In this document: positions 39,025-47,984 of the stretch, in pieces
Numbering within the stretch: the stretch's first letter is position 1
Layout of the letters: the number at the start of each line of letters is the position of its first letter
Origin: Thermoplasmata archaeon
GTDB lineage: Archaea; Thermoplasmatota; E2; DHVEG-1
Length of the DNA stretch: 61,425 nt
Direction of reading: 5' to 3'
NCBI GenBank assembly: GCA_003942085.1
Contig: DQIQ01000005.1
Coordinates: forward strand, 1 to 61,425
Position numbers and translations under genes: made by a program
The notes under the pieces: generated by a model
Told to the model about the DNA's origin: nothing
The model's input: the letters and a program-made list of their open reading frames with translations, nothing else
Databases searched by the model: none

Positions 39025-42000
39025 AGCGGTTTCAGAGGTTCTTGGAGCCATTCTTATGCTCGCTATAGCGGTAGCACTTTTTGCTCTTGTGTATATTATT
39101 GTGATGGCCTATCCGTTTAATTCTTCTCCACCTCGAGTGGATATTGTTGGGACGATACAGGGAAATACTATCGTACTGGAGCATCGCGGTGGTGAATCAA
39201 TATCTGCTTCTTCGAAGGTTTCTGTAGTGGTAAATGGTTCAGAGTATAGTCTAAAGGTAAGCGAATATCTTGTTGATACCAATAGGAATAACCGGTGGGA
39301 TGTGGGTGAACAACTGATTTATTATCCATCAGTGGACATCAAGGGTCTGCGTGTTGAAGCCACCGTTGTCGATGTAAATACCAATTCTATTGTAATGATG
39401 GAGATTATTCAGCAGGGTGGTGATACTCAGATTCCGCTCGAGACCACAGTAAATCCTATCAGCCCCTATGATCAACCGTCACCGTCTCTTTCTCTTACAG
39501 CATCTGGTGATTTTCGTCTCAATAATGTAACACTGTTTTATCGTTGGAGCAATGATAACAGTAGCTGGAATGGAGGATTACATGTAATATATGACAGTGT
39601 TGACAGCAACTCCAGTAATATGGATGGCAGCACTGATAAAGGAGTAGAAACCAACTTCGCCAACGCACAAGGAATAACCAAAGATGGCAACTCCATGACA
39701 ATCCAAGAAACAGACACAGCAGGCCAAGACCATAAAACAGCAATCACAGGAAACACCTGCAACGTCGACAGCAGCCCAGACAAAGGAACAGAAACCAACT
39801 TTGTAAATGCACAAGGGACTTCCCGTGACACGAATAACATGGTAATTACTGAGGTAACCTCTGGTTTACCTGCAGTTAATGAGCATTTGTATGTTGATTC
39901 ATTCACCGCCACGACGACAGGTTGGACGAACACGGGGACAACACCTTATCTTAGTGCTATTGATGGCACGAACTATATCCAAACAAGTACGAACGGTCGG
40001 GTTGGTCGATGGTTCACATTTACAAACACTGCATCAACTGGAAACATTCTAACGGTTGCCCTCAGCATCTACGTCACTGCCGGTGATGGGGACGATGATG
40101 TCACCTGGAGTATTGATACGAATGGGGACAACACTGCTGAGTACACAGGGACAATCAATAATCCCGTTGGGTCCAATTGGTATAGCACAGGGACAATCGC
40201 TGGTCTCACCACAAGTGCTCTGGTGAACAGCTCACGGGCTTCATTCACATATGTCAGGAGTCTACCAGCAAACATCATTAGGATTGATTGTGCCCAGTTG
40301 AATGTCACCCGTACATCCACAATAAACTACCAGATAGACTTCGAATACAACTGGACAAAAGCCAACAACAGCGACACAACCGAATATCTGTGTTTCTATG
40401 TAACATCACACACAGGCTCTGAAACCCTGAACATCAACTACAGAAACGGAACAACCTGGACAAACCTAGGAACAATCACAACAACAGGATGGAAAAACAT
40501 AACAGCCACAGGCCTAACCAGCAAAACCTACACCATACAAATAATCGGAACAACAGAAACAAGCGACACCACCCAAGACACCTGGAACATCGACTGCATC
40601 TTCCTACACTCATACAACACATCCAACTACCAAATCGACATCGAATACCAATGGATAGCAATCAATTATACACAAGTAAATAAACAAGTGTGTTTCTATA
40701 TTACATCTCATACCGGAACTGAGAACCTGCTGGTAAATTATTGGACTGGATCTGCATGGTCATTACTGGGAACAATAACCAGTACAGGTTGGTCGAATTT
40801 TACTGCGACAGGCCTTTCATCATCGCCCTATACCATCCAATTGAAAGGTGTAACAGAATCAAGTGACATAGTGAAGGATACTTGGAATATCGATGTGATA
40901 ATGCTTCGCACATGGAATGGTGGGATATGGTATGATGCTAATTGGGCGTATAGAAAGAAGATTAATATTACTGGTCAAATTGGAGCTGGACCTAACTATC
41001 AAGTACTTTTGAATATCGGAGAAACATCTGGTGCTTCAGGGGTTAATTTTAATTTGGGTGGACATTCATCAAACTTTCCTACCGGGAAAAATACAGGGGG
41101 AGACTTGGGGTTTACTAATAAAAGTGATACAGTCCCCCTTGATTTCTGGGTAGAAGATATATCCGGGATAGCCCCAAACAGAGTTGCAAAGGTATGGGTG
41201 GAAGTAAAAGATAGCTTGGATAGCAGTTCCACCATTTATTGCTATTACGGCAATCCATCTGCTACAAACGCTAGTAATGGAACTAACACCTTTAATTTCT
41301 TTGATAACTTTGATGATAATTCTATCGATGTGAACAAATGGACTACATACCAAGGTACTTGGAGTGAGACGGGTAGGGTGATGAAACAAACATCCACAGC
41401 GACCGGTGACCCTAAGAAATGTATTGCAAAATCAGCCTCCCAATCTGATTATTACGCAATTAGAGCAAAAGTGAGACCAGATTCTGGAACAAGCAGTGAT
41501 GCGAGAGCGGGCTTAAGTATTAAAACTGACCTGAGTAATGGTCAAGGTCTCAACTATGTTTTTCATGATTTCAATGCAAAGACAACAGACCAATTCTTAG
41601 ATGACTTACGAACATGGGGAACATCGTATTCTCGAGCTGTATGGTCATTTGGAACATGGTATTGGTTTGAAATCTATCATGATGGAACAAATGTTAACGG
41701 AAGAATCTGGGATATTAATAGTACACCAGGTGGTTTTCATTCGTGGGCAAGAGGTGGAAGGTCAGGTTATCCTGCTCTTAATGGAGGAAGCATGGGAGAA
41801 ACTGCTTCTTTTGATGATGTCTTTGTTAGAAAATGCATTGAAAATGAGCCATCCTACAGTTCAGCTGGAAATGAAGAAACACTCAGTATAAATAATGGAG
41901 AAGGGCATAATTGGAGTATTTATACAGGTGATATTAATCCTGACTCAAATAGCCCCTGGCTTTGGTCTTTTGATTTTCCAAATAATATCGGGTATTATGA

Positions 42001-42076
42001 ATTTTACAGTAGAGGGATGTATAATGGTGTGGCAGAGACCGCACCAATTAATGCTGATGCAAGCTGTAAAAATTAG
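38978..42076 (+). CDS. Large pilin-like adhesin (pilin N-domain, internal repeats, DUF2341-like and lectin-like domains)
   Basis: NEA/VSEVLGAILML; duplicated DKG.ETNF.NAQG and NYQID.EY.W...DTWNID modules; W.YRKKI...LDFWVE...YYGNP. Confidence 0.85.
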   Translation: MERKKRNHLQSIASNEAVSEVLGAILMLAIAVALFALVYIIVMAYPFNSSPPRVDIVGTIQGNTIVLEHRGGESISASSKVSVVVNGSEYSLKVSEYLVDTNRNNRWDVGEQLIYYPSVDIKGLRVEATVVDVNTNSIVMMEIIQQGGDTQIPLETTVNPISPYDQPSPSLSLTASGDFRLNNVTLFYRWSNDNSSWNGGLHVIYDSVDSNSSNMDGSTDKGVETNFANAQGITKDGNSMTIQETDTAGQDHKTAITGNTCNVDSSPDKGTETNFVNAQGTSRDTNNMVITEVTSGLPAVNEHLYVDSFTATTTGWTNTGTTPYLSAIDGTNYIQTSTNGRVGRWFTFTNTASTGNILTVALSIYVTAGDGDDDVTWSIDTNGDNTAEYTGTINNPVGSNWYSTGTIAGLTTSALVNSSRASFTYVRSLPANIIRIDCAQLNVTRTSTINYQIDFEYNWTKANNSDTTEYLCFYVTSHTGSETLNINYRNGTTWTNLGTITTTGWKNITATGLTSKTYTIQIIGTTETSDTTQDTWNIDCIFLHSYNTSNYQIDIEYQWIAINYTQVNKQVCFYITSHTGTENLLVNYWTGSAWSLLGTITSTGWSNFTATGLSSSPYTIQLKGVTESSDIVKDTWNIDVIMLRTWNGGIWYDANWAYRKKINITGQIGAGPNYQVLLNIGETSGASGVNFNLGGHSSNFPTGKNTGGDLGFTNKSDTVPLDFWVEDISGIAPNRVAKVWVEVKDSLDSSSTIYCYYGNPSATNASNGTNTFNFFDNFDDNSIDVNKWTTYQGTWSETGRVMKQTSTATGDPKKCIAKSASQSDYYAIRAKVRPDSGTSSDARAGLSIKTDLSNGQGLNYVFHDFNAKTTDQFLDDLRTWGTSYSRAVWSFGTWYWFEIYHDGTNVNGRIWDINSTPGGFHSWARGGRSGYPALNGGSMGETASFDDVFVRKCIENEPSYSSAGNEETLSINNGEGHNWSIYTGDINPDSNSPWLWSFDFPNNIGYYEFYSRGMYNGVAETAPINADASCKN

Positions 42077-42090
42077 TAAGAGGATTTGAA

Positions 42091-42933
42091 ATGAACGTGA
42101 ATCAGATAAAAAACTCAAATGACGCAGTCGCAGGTGTCGTTGTCGCAATTTTACTGCTCGGATTATTTGTCACCGTCCTTGGCGTTATACAAACCATGTA
42201 TGTGCCAAAATGGATGAAGCAAATAGAATCAGAGCACATGGATGAAGTTGCAGGGCAGTTTGCCCAGTTGAAATATGCGATAGATACGCAATCTACTATT
42301 CAAAAAAAAGGCACAATAGCTACATCAATTACTCTTGGAAGCAGTGAACTGCCTTTCCTTCCTTCAAGCAAGGCATTCGGTTCTCTATTTATTTTATCAG
42401 ATGAATGCAATGTGACAGTTACTAGCAGTATTGATCCAACATTTCATTGTTCCCTGGGAACCATAAAATATTCATCAAAAAACTCATATTTTCTTGATAA
42501 ATCATATATTTTTGAGGCAGGAGCATTGATAGCGAGTCAATCTGAAGGAAATATTATGCTCATACGACCTTTTTCCGTGACGAACGAAAACGGTCTTATT
42601 AGCGCATCTTTCAGCATTACAAATATCTCTGGTGAGGGTGGAAAAACCTCTGCAGGTGGATATGGGGTTTATCCGATACAGACAGAATATTTAAGCAATA
42701 AAACCACAATTTTACACGGTGTTACAAGTATCACAATTACCTCGGACTACCCTAACGCGTGGCACAAAGCTTTTAACAGTACTTTAGTAGAATCAGCAGG
42801 GTTAATTTATAGTCATCATTTTTTAATATCTAACAACAGTAACGAGGTAACTATAACATTCATCGGGGTAACTGTAAATCTCACCATAGCCGTTACTAAA
42901 ATCGACGCCCAGATAGCGATCGGATGGATTTAA
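42091..42933 (+). CDS. Minor pilin-like protein
   Basis: NDA/VAGVVVAILLLG...QTMYVPKW...E.EHM; class III-like signal. Confidence 0.8.
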   Translation: MNVNQIKNSNDAVAGVVVAILLLGLFVTVLGVIQTMYVPKWMKQIESEHMDEVAGQFAQLKYAIDTQSTIQKKGTIATSITLGSSELPFLPSSKAFGSLFILSDECNVTVTSSIDPTFHCSLGTIKYSSKNSYFLDKSYIFEAGALIASQSEGNIMLIRPFSVTNENGLISASFSITNISGEGGKTSAGGYGVYPIQTEYLSNKTTILHGVTSITITSDYPNAWHKAFNSTLVESAGLIYSHHFLISNNSNEVTITFIGVTVNLTIAVTKIDAQIAIGWI

Positions 42934-43017
42934 CAAAAAAAGATAGCCTCTGACCCAAGTAACTTATTTTTAAAACAATCGTTTCGATCAGATATGAAGT
43001 CACTCTACCAATGAATT

Positions 43018-43938
43018 TTATTTGGTCCCCAATCCACCAAATACCTCCTGTTTTGGATATACGATCATGCCTTTATCAGAAATTTTCATCGCAACGATTC
43101 TTTCTTGATGTTTTGTCCCCCGCATCTTCAACACTTCAATAGCCCGCTGTCTCATCCCCTCCCGCTTGATATGATAAATCACGATCACCCCGTCAGCAAG
43201 GAATTCTTCAACACCTGTTTGAGAAAAGGTTTCAGGCATCTGTCCGGTCTCGGTGATAAAAAAATTTGTGCTGCCCATATTTTCAAAAAACCTGAATAAC
43301 CGCTCAGCATAGAACCGATACGAACCGTCTTTTCCCATGAACGCTGAAGCTATCGCGGTGAGTGAATCAACAATGACAAAATCAGGTTTATAGTCTTCCT
43401 CCAGGGTGATCGGTTCCAGCTGTAACAGCTGGCTGTCCTCCTCCTTTGAAAACATCGCATCAACGCTACCTCGTTCAGATAAATAATGAATGTCACTAGG
43501 GAGATACCTTTTGATTTTTAGGTTGCCTGTCTCAAGAAGTTTTTCAGGATCCCAACTAAAATCCTTCATATGTTCCATCAATCTTTTTTCAGATTCTTCA
43601 AAGCTCATGTAGAAACATTTTTTACCATGTAAGATATGATATTGAAGCATCTGCAAACAAAAAATGGTTTTCCCGGAACCTGCACCCCCAGCTACCAGGA
43701 CATTAGAGCCTCGGGGTATGCCGTTTTCAAAGAGCTCATCAAATCCCGGTATCCCTGTTATTACATATTTTTTCGTATCGTTTACTTCTTTTAAGTCTTC
43801 AACAGTACGTTGTGTTTTTGATTCTAACGTCTGGCCATCTTGTTTTTTACTTTCACCGTCCCCTAATTTTTTTTCTATTATTGATTTGATTTTTGACATA
43901 TCGAAAATAGTATCCTGTTCGCTCTCCTTTTTTGTCAT
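43018..43938 (-). CDS. Single-domain KaiC/RAD55-like ATPase
   Basis: TGIPGFD, GGAGSGKT, SFEE, IVDSL, VEEFLADG, KMRG. Confidence 0.92.
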   Translation of the reverse strand: MTKKESEQDTIFDMSKIKSIIEKKLGDGESKKQDGQTLESKTQRTVEDLKEVNDTKKYVITGIPGFDELFENGIPRGSNVLVAGGAGSGKTIFCLQMLQYHILHGKKCFYMSFEESEKRLMEHMKDFSWDPEKLLETGNLKIKRYLPSDIHYLSERGSVDAMFSKEEDSQLLQLEPITLEEDYKPDFVIVDSLTAIASAFMGKDGSYRFYAERLFRFFENMGSTNFFITETGQMPETFSQTGVEEFLADGVIVIYHIKREGMRQRAIEVLKMRGTKHQERIVAMKISDKGMIVYPKQEVFGGLGTK

Positions 43939-44150
43939 TTCTAATCAACTCGTCTTACAACCTTTTTAAAAAAAAATGCGACATTTTCTCAATGAGATTT
44001 CCTTCACTCATCGGTGTTGATAATACCACGATTTTTGTATTATTCGCTGCGGCGTTTTCAATAACAGTCTTACCGGTCACACTATTGCCGATGGCATATA
44101 GTGTCTGTAGATTCTTCAATTTTATATCCCATCCTCATCTGAATAATAAC

Positions 44151-44199
44151 ATTACAATTAAATTACTTATAAATTACTAATATCTTTTTGACATTTAAA
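44151..44199 (-). promoter_or_regulatory. Promoter: TATA box TTTAAATG plus three phased ATTAC boxes
   Basis: ATTAC at 44151, 44162, 44173; TATA at 44192-44199. Confidence 0.7.
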
Positions 44200-44266
44200 C
44201 CTTATGCTATAAAAATAGTTGATGAAAAAAGATTCTACAAAAGAAAAAAGAAAGTTATTTGACCTT

Positions 44267-44644
44267 TTATTTCTCCAGCATCCTGTCGATCCGTCTCATC
44301 AAATCATCGATATCATAGGGCTTCAGGATATAATCCAATATATCCAACTCTTTGAGCATTTGTTTCCCATAGCCGCCAAACGCAGCGACCGTTAAAAAAG
44401 CAAGTTTAAGATTCTTCAACTGTGCATCGTTCCGTATGCTTTCACACACTTCTCTGCCGCTCATCTCAGGCATGAACATGTCGACCAGGACCAAATCTGG
44501 TTTTTTTTCCAAATTTTTAAGAATTTTAAGGGCTTCTTTCCCATTGGCTGCTCCCACGACATTATAATCATGGGACCGAAGTAGAATAGTGAGCATCTCT
44601 CGCAAATCGGGTTCATCATCAATAACCATCACGGTCTTTACCAT
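44267..44644 (-). CDS. Stand-alone receiver (REC) protein
   Basis: VIDDE, DMFMPEMSG, FLT, ILKPY. Confidence 0.92.
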   Translation of the reverse strand: MVKTVMVIDDEPDLREMLTILLRSHDYNVVGAANGKEALKILKNLEKKPDLVLVDMFMPEMSGREVCESIRNDAQLKNLKLAFLTVAAFGGYGKQMLKELDILDYILKPYDIDDLMRRIDRMLEK

Positions 44645-45429
44645 TTCACATCACCTGTCACCTTATCCACAAACATGGTGATATCATTCATCGTCTGTAC
44701 CCCAAGGTCTTCCATTTTACCAATAAAAAACCCCTGCGCCCTATTGGCCTTAATCAATAAGGTCATATCCTGCACAAACTTCGGCAGCTCAAACCTCTTA
44801 ATTGCCTTTACTGCAGAGACATTATCGATGACCACAATGTTGATGTTTTTTTCTTTAAGCACCTTATCCAAGATGGCTTTTATATCATCAGGAGTGTTTT
44901 TTACCACAATAACGTTAACAGAATCTGCTTTTTCCCCGGTCGCATCGATAAAATGTATTGCTGATGAATCAATGCCGTACAAACTGAAGAGATCCACTAA
45001 TTTTTTATACGGTTTTTCCATCGTAACAATGCACACACCTCGGACATTCTTGACGATGGACACAAGCGTATCCTCGTATTTCTCTTTAGAAGTAAGCACG
45101 AACGCCTGACCATAGTCTGATAAATCCATGATTAGTGTTCTTAATTTCCACATGCCAGCAACCAGTAGCACAATGAAGAGGATCTCCAAAAAGTTCGTAA
45201 TCATAAAGTCCGTGATAATAGTCTGGTTTATGATACCGAATATCCCTAAAACCTGAACCGTCTGCAGCAGAAAAAAAACAACCATGCCCCCTAAGACAAA
45301 GAGCAGCCCCAATCGCATCTTATCTTTTGTTCTTTTGACAATACCAAAGACGATCAACACCCCGAAAAGACCGACAATAAAAGTAAGGATGTAGATTATT
45401 TCACTCAGACCTATCTGATTCATAATCAT
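44638..45429 (-). CDS. Three-TM membrane protein with inactive KaiC-like (DUF835-like) cytoplasmic domain
   Basis: Three N-terminal TMs; EKPY, FIDAT, VVIDNVS; no Walker A. Confidence 0.7.
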   Translation of the reverse strand: MIMNQIGLSEIIYILTFIVGLFGVLIVFGIVKRTKDKMRLGLLFVLGGMVVFFLLQTVQVLGIFGIINQTIITDFMITNFLEILFIVLLVAGMWKLRTLIMDLSDYGQAFVLTSKEKYEDTLVSIVKNVRGVCIVTMEKPYKKLVDLFSLYGIDSSAIHFIDATGEKADSVNVIVVKNTPDDIKAILDKVLKEKNINIVVIDNVSAVKAIKRFELPKFVQDMTLLIKANRAQGFFIGKMEDLGVQTMNDITMFVDKVTGDVKW

Positions 45430-45629
45430 TTTTTGCCTGTTTGCCTGACAAATCTCTGAAGGTCTTTTACTGAGACTTTCAATACCTTATTGGAGGGCTG
45501 CCCGTATTCAATTAATCGTCGCACCCCGTCTCGTACCGCTTCGGACCTATTAGGATAGGTGCCTTCTTTTATCAATTCGTCTAACTGTTCCAGCATATTT
45601 TTTGTGAGTCTAATTTGAATGGTTTCCAT
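45426..45629 (-). CDS. Ribbon-helix-helix (CopG/Arc/MetJ-like) transcription regulator
   Basis: TIQIRL beta strand, LDELIKEG.YPNRSEAVRDGVR; GGTGA RBS before ATG 45629. Confidence 0.9.
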   Translation of the reverse strand: METIQIRLTKNMLEQLDELIKEGTYPNRSEAVRDGVRRLIEYGQPSNKVLKVSVKDLQRFVRQTGKK

Positions 45630-45659
45630 TTCTATCACCGATTGTTTTCATCGCTTCGC

Positions 45660-45699
45660 ATTACAAAGCAATTACAGGTAAACGATTGTATGATATAAA
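45660..45699 (-). promoter_or_regulatory. RHH gene promoter: two phased ATTAC boxes plus TATA box TTTATATC
   Basis: ATTAC at 45660 and 45671; TATA at 45692-45699. Confidence 0.65.
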
Positions 45700-45741
45700 A
45701 CTAACCTTTCCGGATACGCTGAAACGATTGTTCATACCCAC

Positions 45742-46359
45742 CTATTTTTTCTTCTGTCCATCGATATATTTATTCAGTTCTTTTCCGGAAATCCTCAGCT
45801 TCGATATCCTTCGATGTTCATAAAACCATACTACCCCAGTAAAAACAAAAGCCGCGACCACCACGTACTGGATAAGGTTCTGCTCACCCGTTGGTACGAT
45901 GACTACATTAAAAGACCGGTGCACCTCGCTTGATTTACTCCCGTCAAGATTACTCACATTCGCCGTAAGAAAATAGACGCCTTCCTCAATACTAACTGGC
46001 AGATTAAAAGTCGCAACAAAGGAGCTCTTAGTCTCAACCGCAACCGTCTCACTGGAAGAAAGAATCATTTTTCCGTCAGCATCTAAAATTTTATAAAAAA
46101 CGACAACATCAACCCTACCCAGTGCTTCCCGGTTTCTAATTTCCGTGATCGTATGAAAGGAATTGCCTGGCCTAAACGCATCACCTTCCACAATCGAAAG
46201 AGAAATCGAAAGAGATGGGTCGGATGAGACAGCAGCGCCAACTGCATTAGTACAGAGGAACATACCGACAAGTAGCACTACCAAAAAAAATTGGAAATGT
46301 ACACGTCTCCTTTTGACCGAATGTTTGCTCTCGTAAGCTGGTATAGGTAACATCCTCAT
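45742..46359 (-). CDS. Exported Ig-like domain protein with C-terminal TM
   Basis: Signal peptide, beta-sandwich resembling the C-terminal domain of 55583-58471, TM anchor. Confidence 0.7.
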   Translation of the reverse strand: MRMLPIPAYESKHSVKRRRVHFQFFLVVLLVGMFLCTNAVGAAVSSDPSLSISLSIVEGDAFRPGNSFHTITEIRNREALGRVDVVVFYKILDADGKMILSSSETVAVETKSSFVATFNLPVSIEEGVYFLTANVSNLDGSKSSEVHRSFNVVIVPTGEQNLIQYVVVAAFVFTGVVWFYEHRRISKLRISGKELNKYIDGQKKK

Positions 46360-46764
46360 GGAAATGAATAGATCATCCTCTAAAAACGTTTATTGTTATT
46401 CATTGGCGATGATACATTTCGTATTTGTTGGTAACCAGGATAAAAAATCTGCTCCTGGTGGAAGAACGATTTTTTCAGAGCCGAATATAAATTGGGGGAG
46501 GGCGTGTGGGGGTCGTCTGTGGGATGGGTATATCGGTGAAACTATACTCATACAATATTTCACAAGCGTTTTCCCCCACAACGAGGATATTTGTGCATAG
46601 GGAATTTTTCAGATGGATATTTTCAGAAGTCGCGACGCTTTCTACAGCGGGCCTGTCGACCCTTCTCTCCAGATCAGGGGAATATTTCTCCTCACCATCG
46701 ATTGTTTCTGGCTCTCCAACAGTAGTCAGCGCCACTCCTTCACATCCCATTTCATTTGCTATAC

Positions 46765-46806
46765 GTAATTGCTTTGTAATGTTTATGTAATGTCTATGTA
46801 TTTAAA
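46765..46806 (-). promoter_or_regulatory. Promoter: TATA box TTTAAATA plus three phased boxes in inverted orientation (GTAAT on +)
   Basis: GTAAT at 46765, 46776, 46787; TATA at 46799-46806. Confidence 0.65.
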
Positions 46807-46950
46807 AAGTTTTTGTCAGCCCAGATCTAAAAAAAGGAACCACCAAAACCCTGAGAAGATCCTAAAAAAAAACAAATGATACGAGAAATCACAGAACGCA
46901 TTCAAGAGACCTTATCGACTCTTTTAGGAACCTGCCAGATCAACAAGACG

Positions 46951-47352
46951 TCAATATATTCCACTAGATGCAGCATCCAGCTTTTGCGCAGAACCTACGT
47001 GTTTATTAATTCGCACCAGCAAATCATCCAGATCAAACGGCTTGGTGATATAATCAACGACGTTACCGGTCTGAAAAATAATCTGCTTTTCAGCTTCAGA
47101 ATAACGGACGACGGTCACCAAAATAATCTTTGGCTTGCACGTTTTCTCCTTAAGCTTTTCCAGTATCTCCGTCGTTTTTAGCCCAGGCATCATCACATCA
47201 AGGGAGACCAGATCAGGCTGAAAGCTATCGATTTTATCGAGAAGATCCTGCCCGTCACACGCAGTCTCAGTGACAAAACCCTCCTTCCGAAGATACAGAT
47301 TAAGCATCTCCCGTAAATCGACCTCATCGTCCACAATCATTATTTTCGTCAT
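46951..47352 (-). CDS. Stand-alone receiver (REC) protein
   Basis: MTKIMIVDDE, DVMMPG, ITKPF; close paralog of 16928-17302. Confidence 0.92.
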   Translation of the reverse strand: MTKIMIVDDEVDLREMLNLYLRKEGFVTETACDGQDLLDKIDSFQPDLVSLDVMMPGLKTTEILEKLKEKTCKPKIILVTVVRYSEAEKQIIFQTGNVVDYITKPFDLDDLLVRINKHVGSAQKLDAASSGIY

Positions 47353-47515
47353 TTTTTTACCACCCACCACTTTTTTTACCAAACAACCTCTCGCAACACC
47401 CCATCACCATATGAAACGAAAAAATATCGCTGATGAATAGGAAAAAATAACTGACTATTCATACTCATTCACATTCCCATCCGTTTTTCCGTTAAATGTT
47501 AAGATAACCACAAAT

Positions 47516-47534
47516 GTAATGCTTATAAATTACA
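47516..47534. promoter_or_regulatory. GTAAT-N8-ATTAC element upstream of receiver gene
   Basis: GTAATGCTTATAAATTACA matches GTAATGTTTATAAATTACA at 34368-34386 at 18 of 19 positions. Confidence 0.55.
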
Positions 47535-47610
47535 ATGTTGATAAACGCTGGGTTCTATAAAACATTTACGGACAAAAAGTAAAATTCCCGTCAACTTCCA
47601 CTGATTAACA

Positions 47611-47976
47611 CTATTTATTAAGATTTTTAAGTATCTTATCTTTAAATTCATCGATATCAAAGGGTTGAGTGATACAGTCAACGACATTCCCCGACTCTTG
47701 CATGATGCGTTTCTCTTTTTCAGAGTACCGCACGGTATTTAACAGAATGATCTTTGACTTGTTTTTCTTCTTCTTTAACGCAGCAAGGATCTTTTGTGTG
47801 GTCGTCCCTGGCATCAACACATCAAGGGTGATCAGATCTGGCTCGAACTCATTAATTATTTCAAGAAAACCAGAGACATCCTCAGCAATCGTTGTTTCAA
47901 ATCCCTCTCTACGAAGATAAAGGTCGAGCATCTCCCTAAAATCTTTTTCATCATCGACAATCAATATCCTAGTCAT
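47611..47976 (-). CDS. Atypical receiver protein (conserved Lys to Gln, Thr/Ser to Asn)
   Basis: IVDDE, DVLMPG, ILLNT, ITQPF; GGAGGTGA RBS. Confidence 0.85.
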   Translation of the reverse strand: MTRILIVDDEKDFREMLDLYLRREGFETTIAEDVSGFLEIINEFEPDLITLDVLMPGTTTQKILAALKKKKNKSKIILLNTVRYSEKEKRIMQESGNVVDCITQPFDIDEFKDKILKNLNK

Positions 47977-47984
47977 AGTTTTTC

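Noticed and set aside
38265-40920. Diversity-generating retroelement template/variable repeat pair among pilin repeats
   Set aside because: Differences between copies are not adenine-specific and no reverse transcriptase is present
34515-42933. Archaellum (motility) operon
   Set aside because: No archaellin, ArlF/G or CheF recognised; subunits look like adhesion-type pilins
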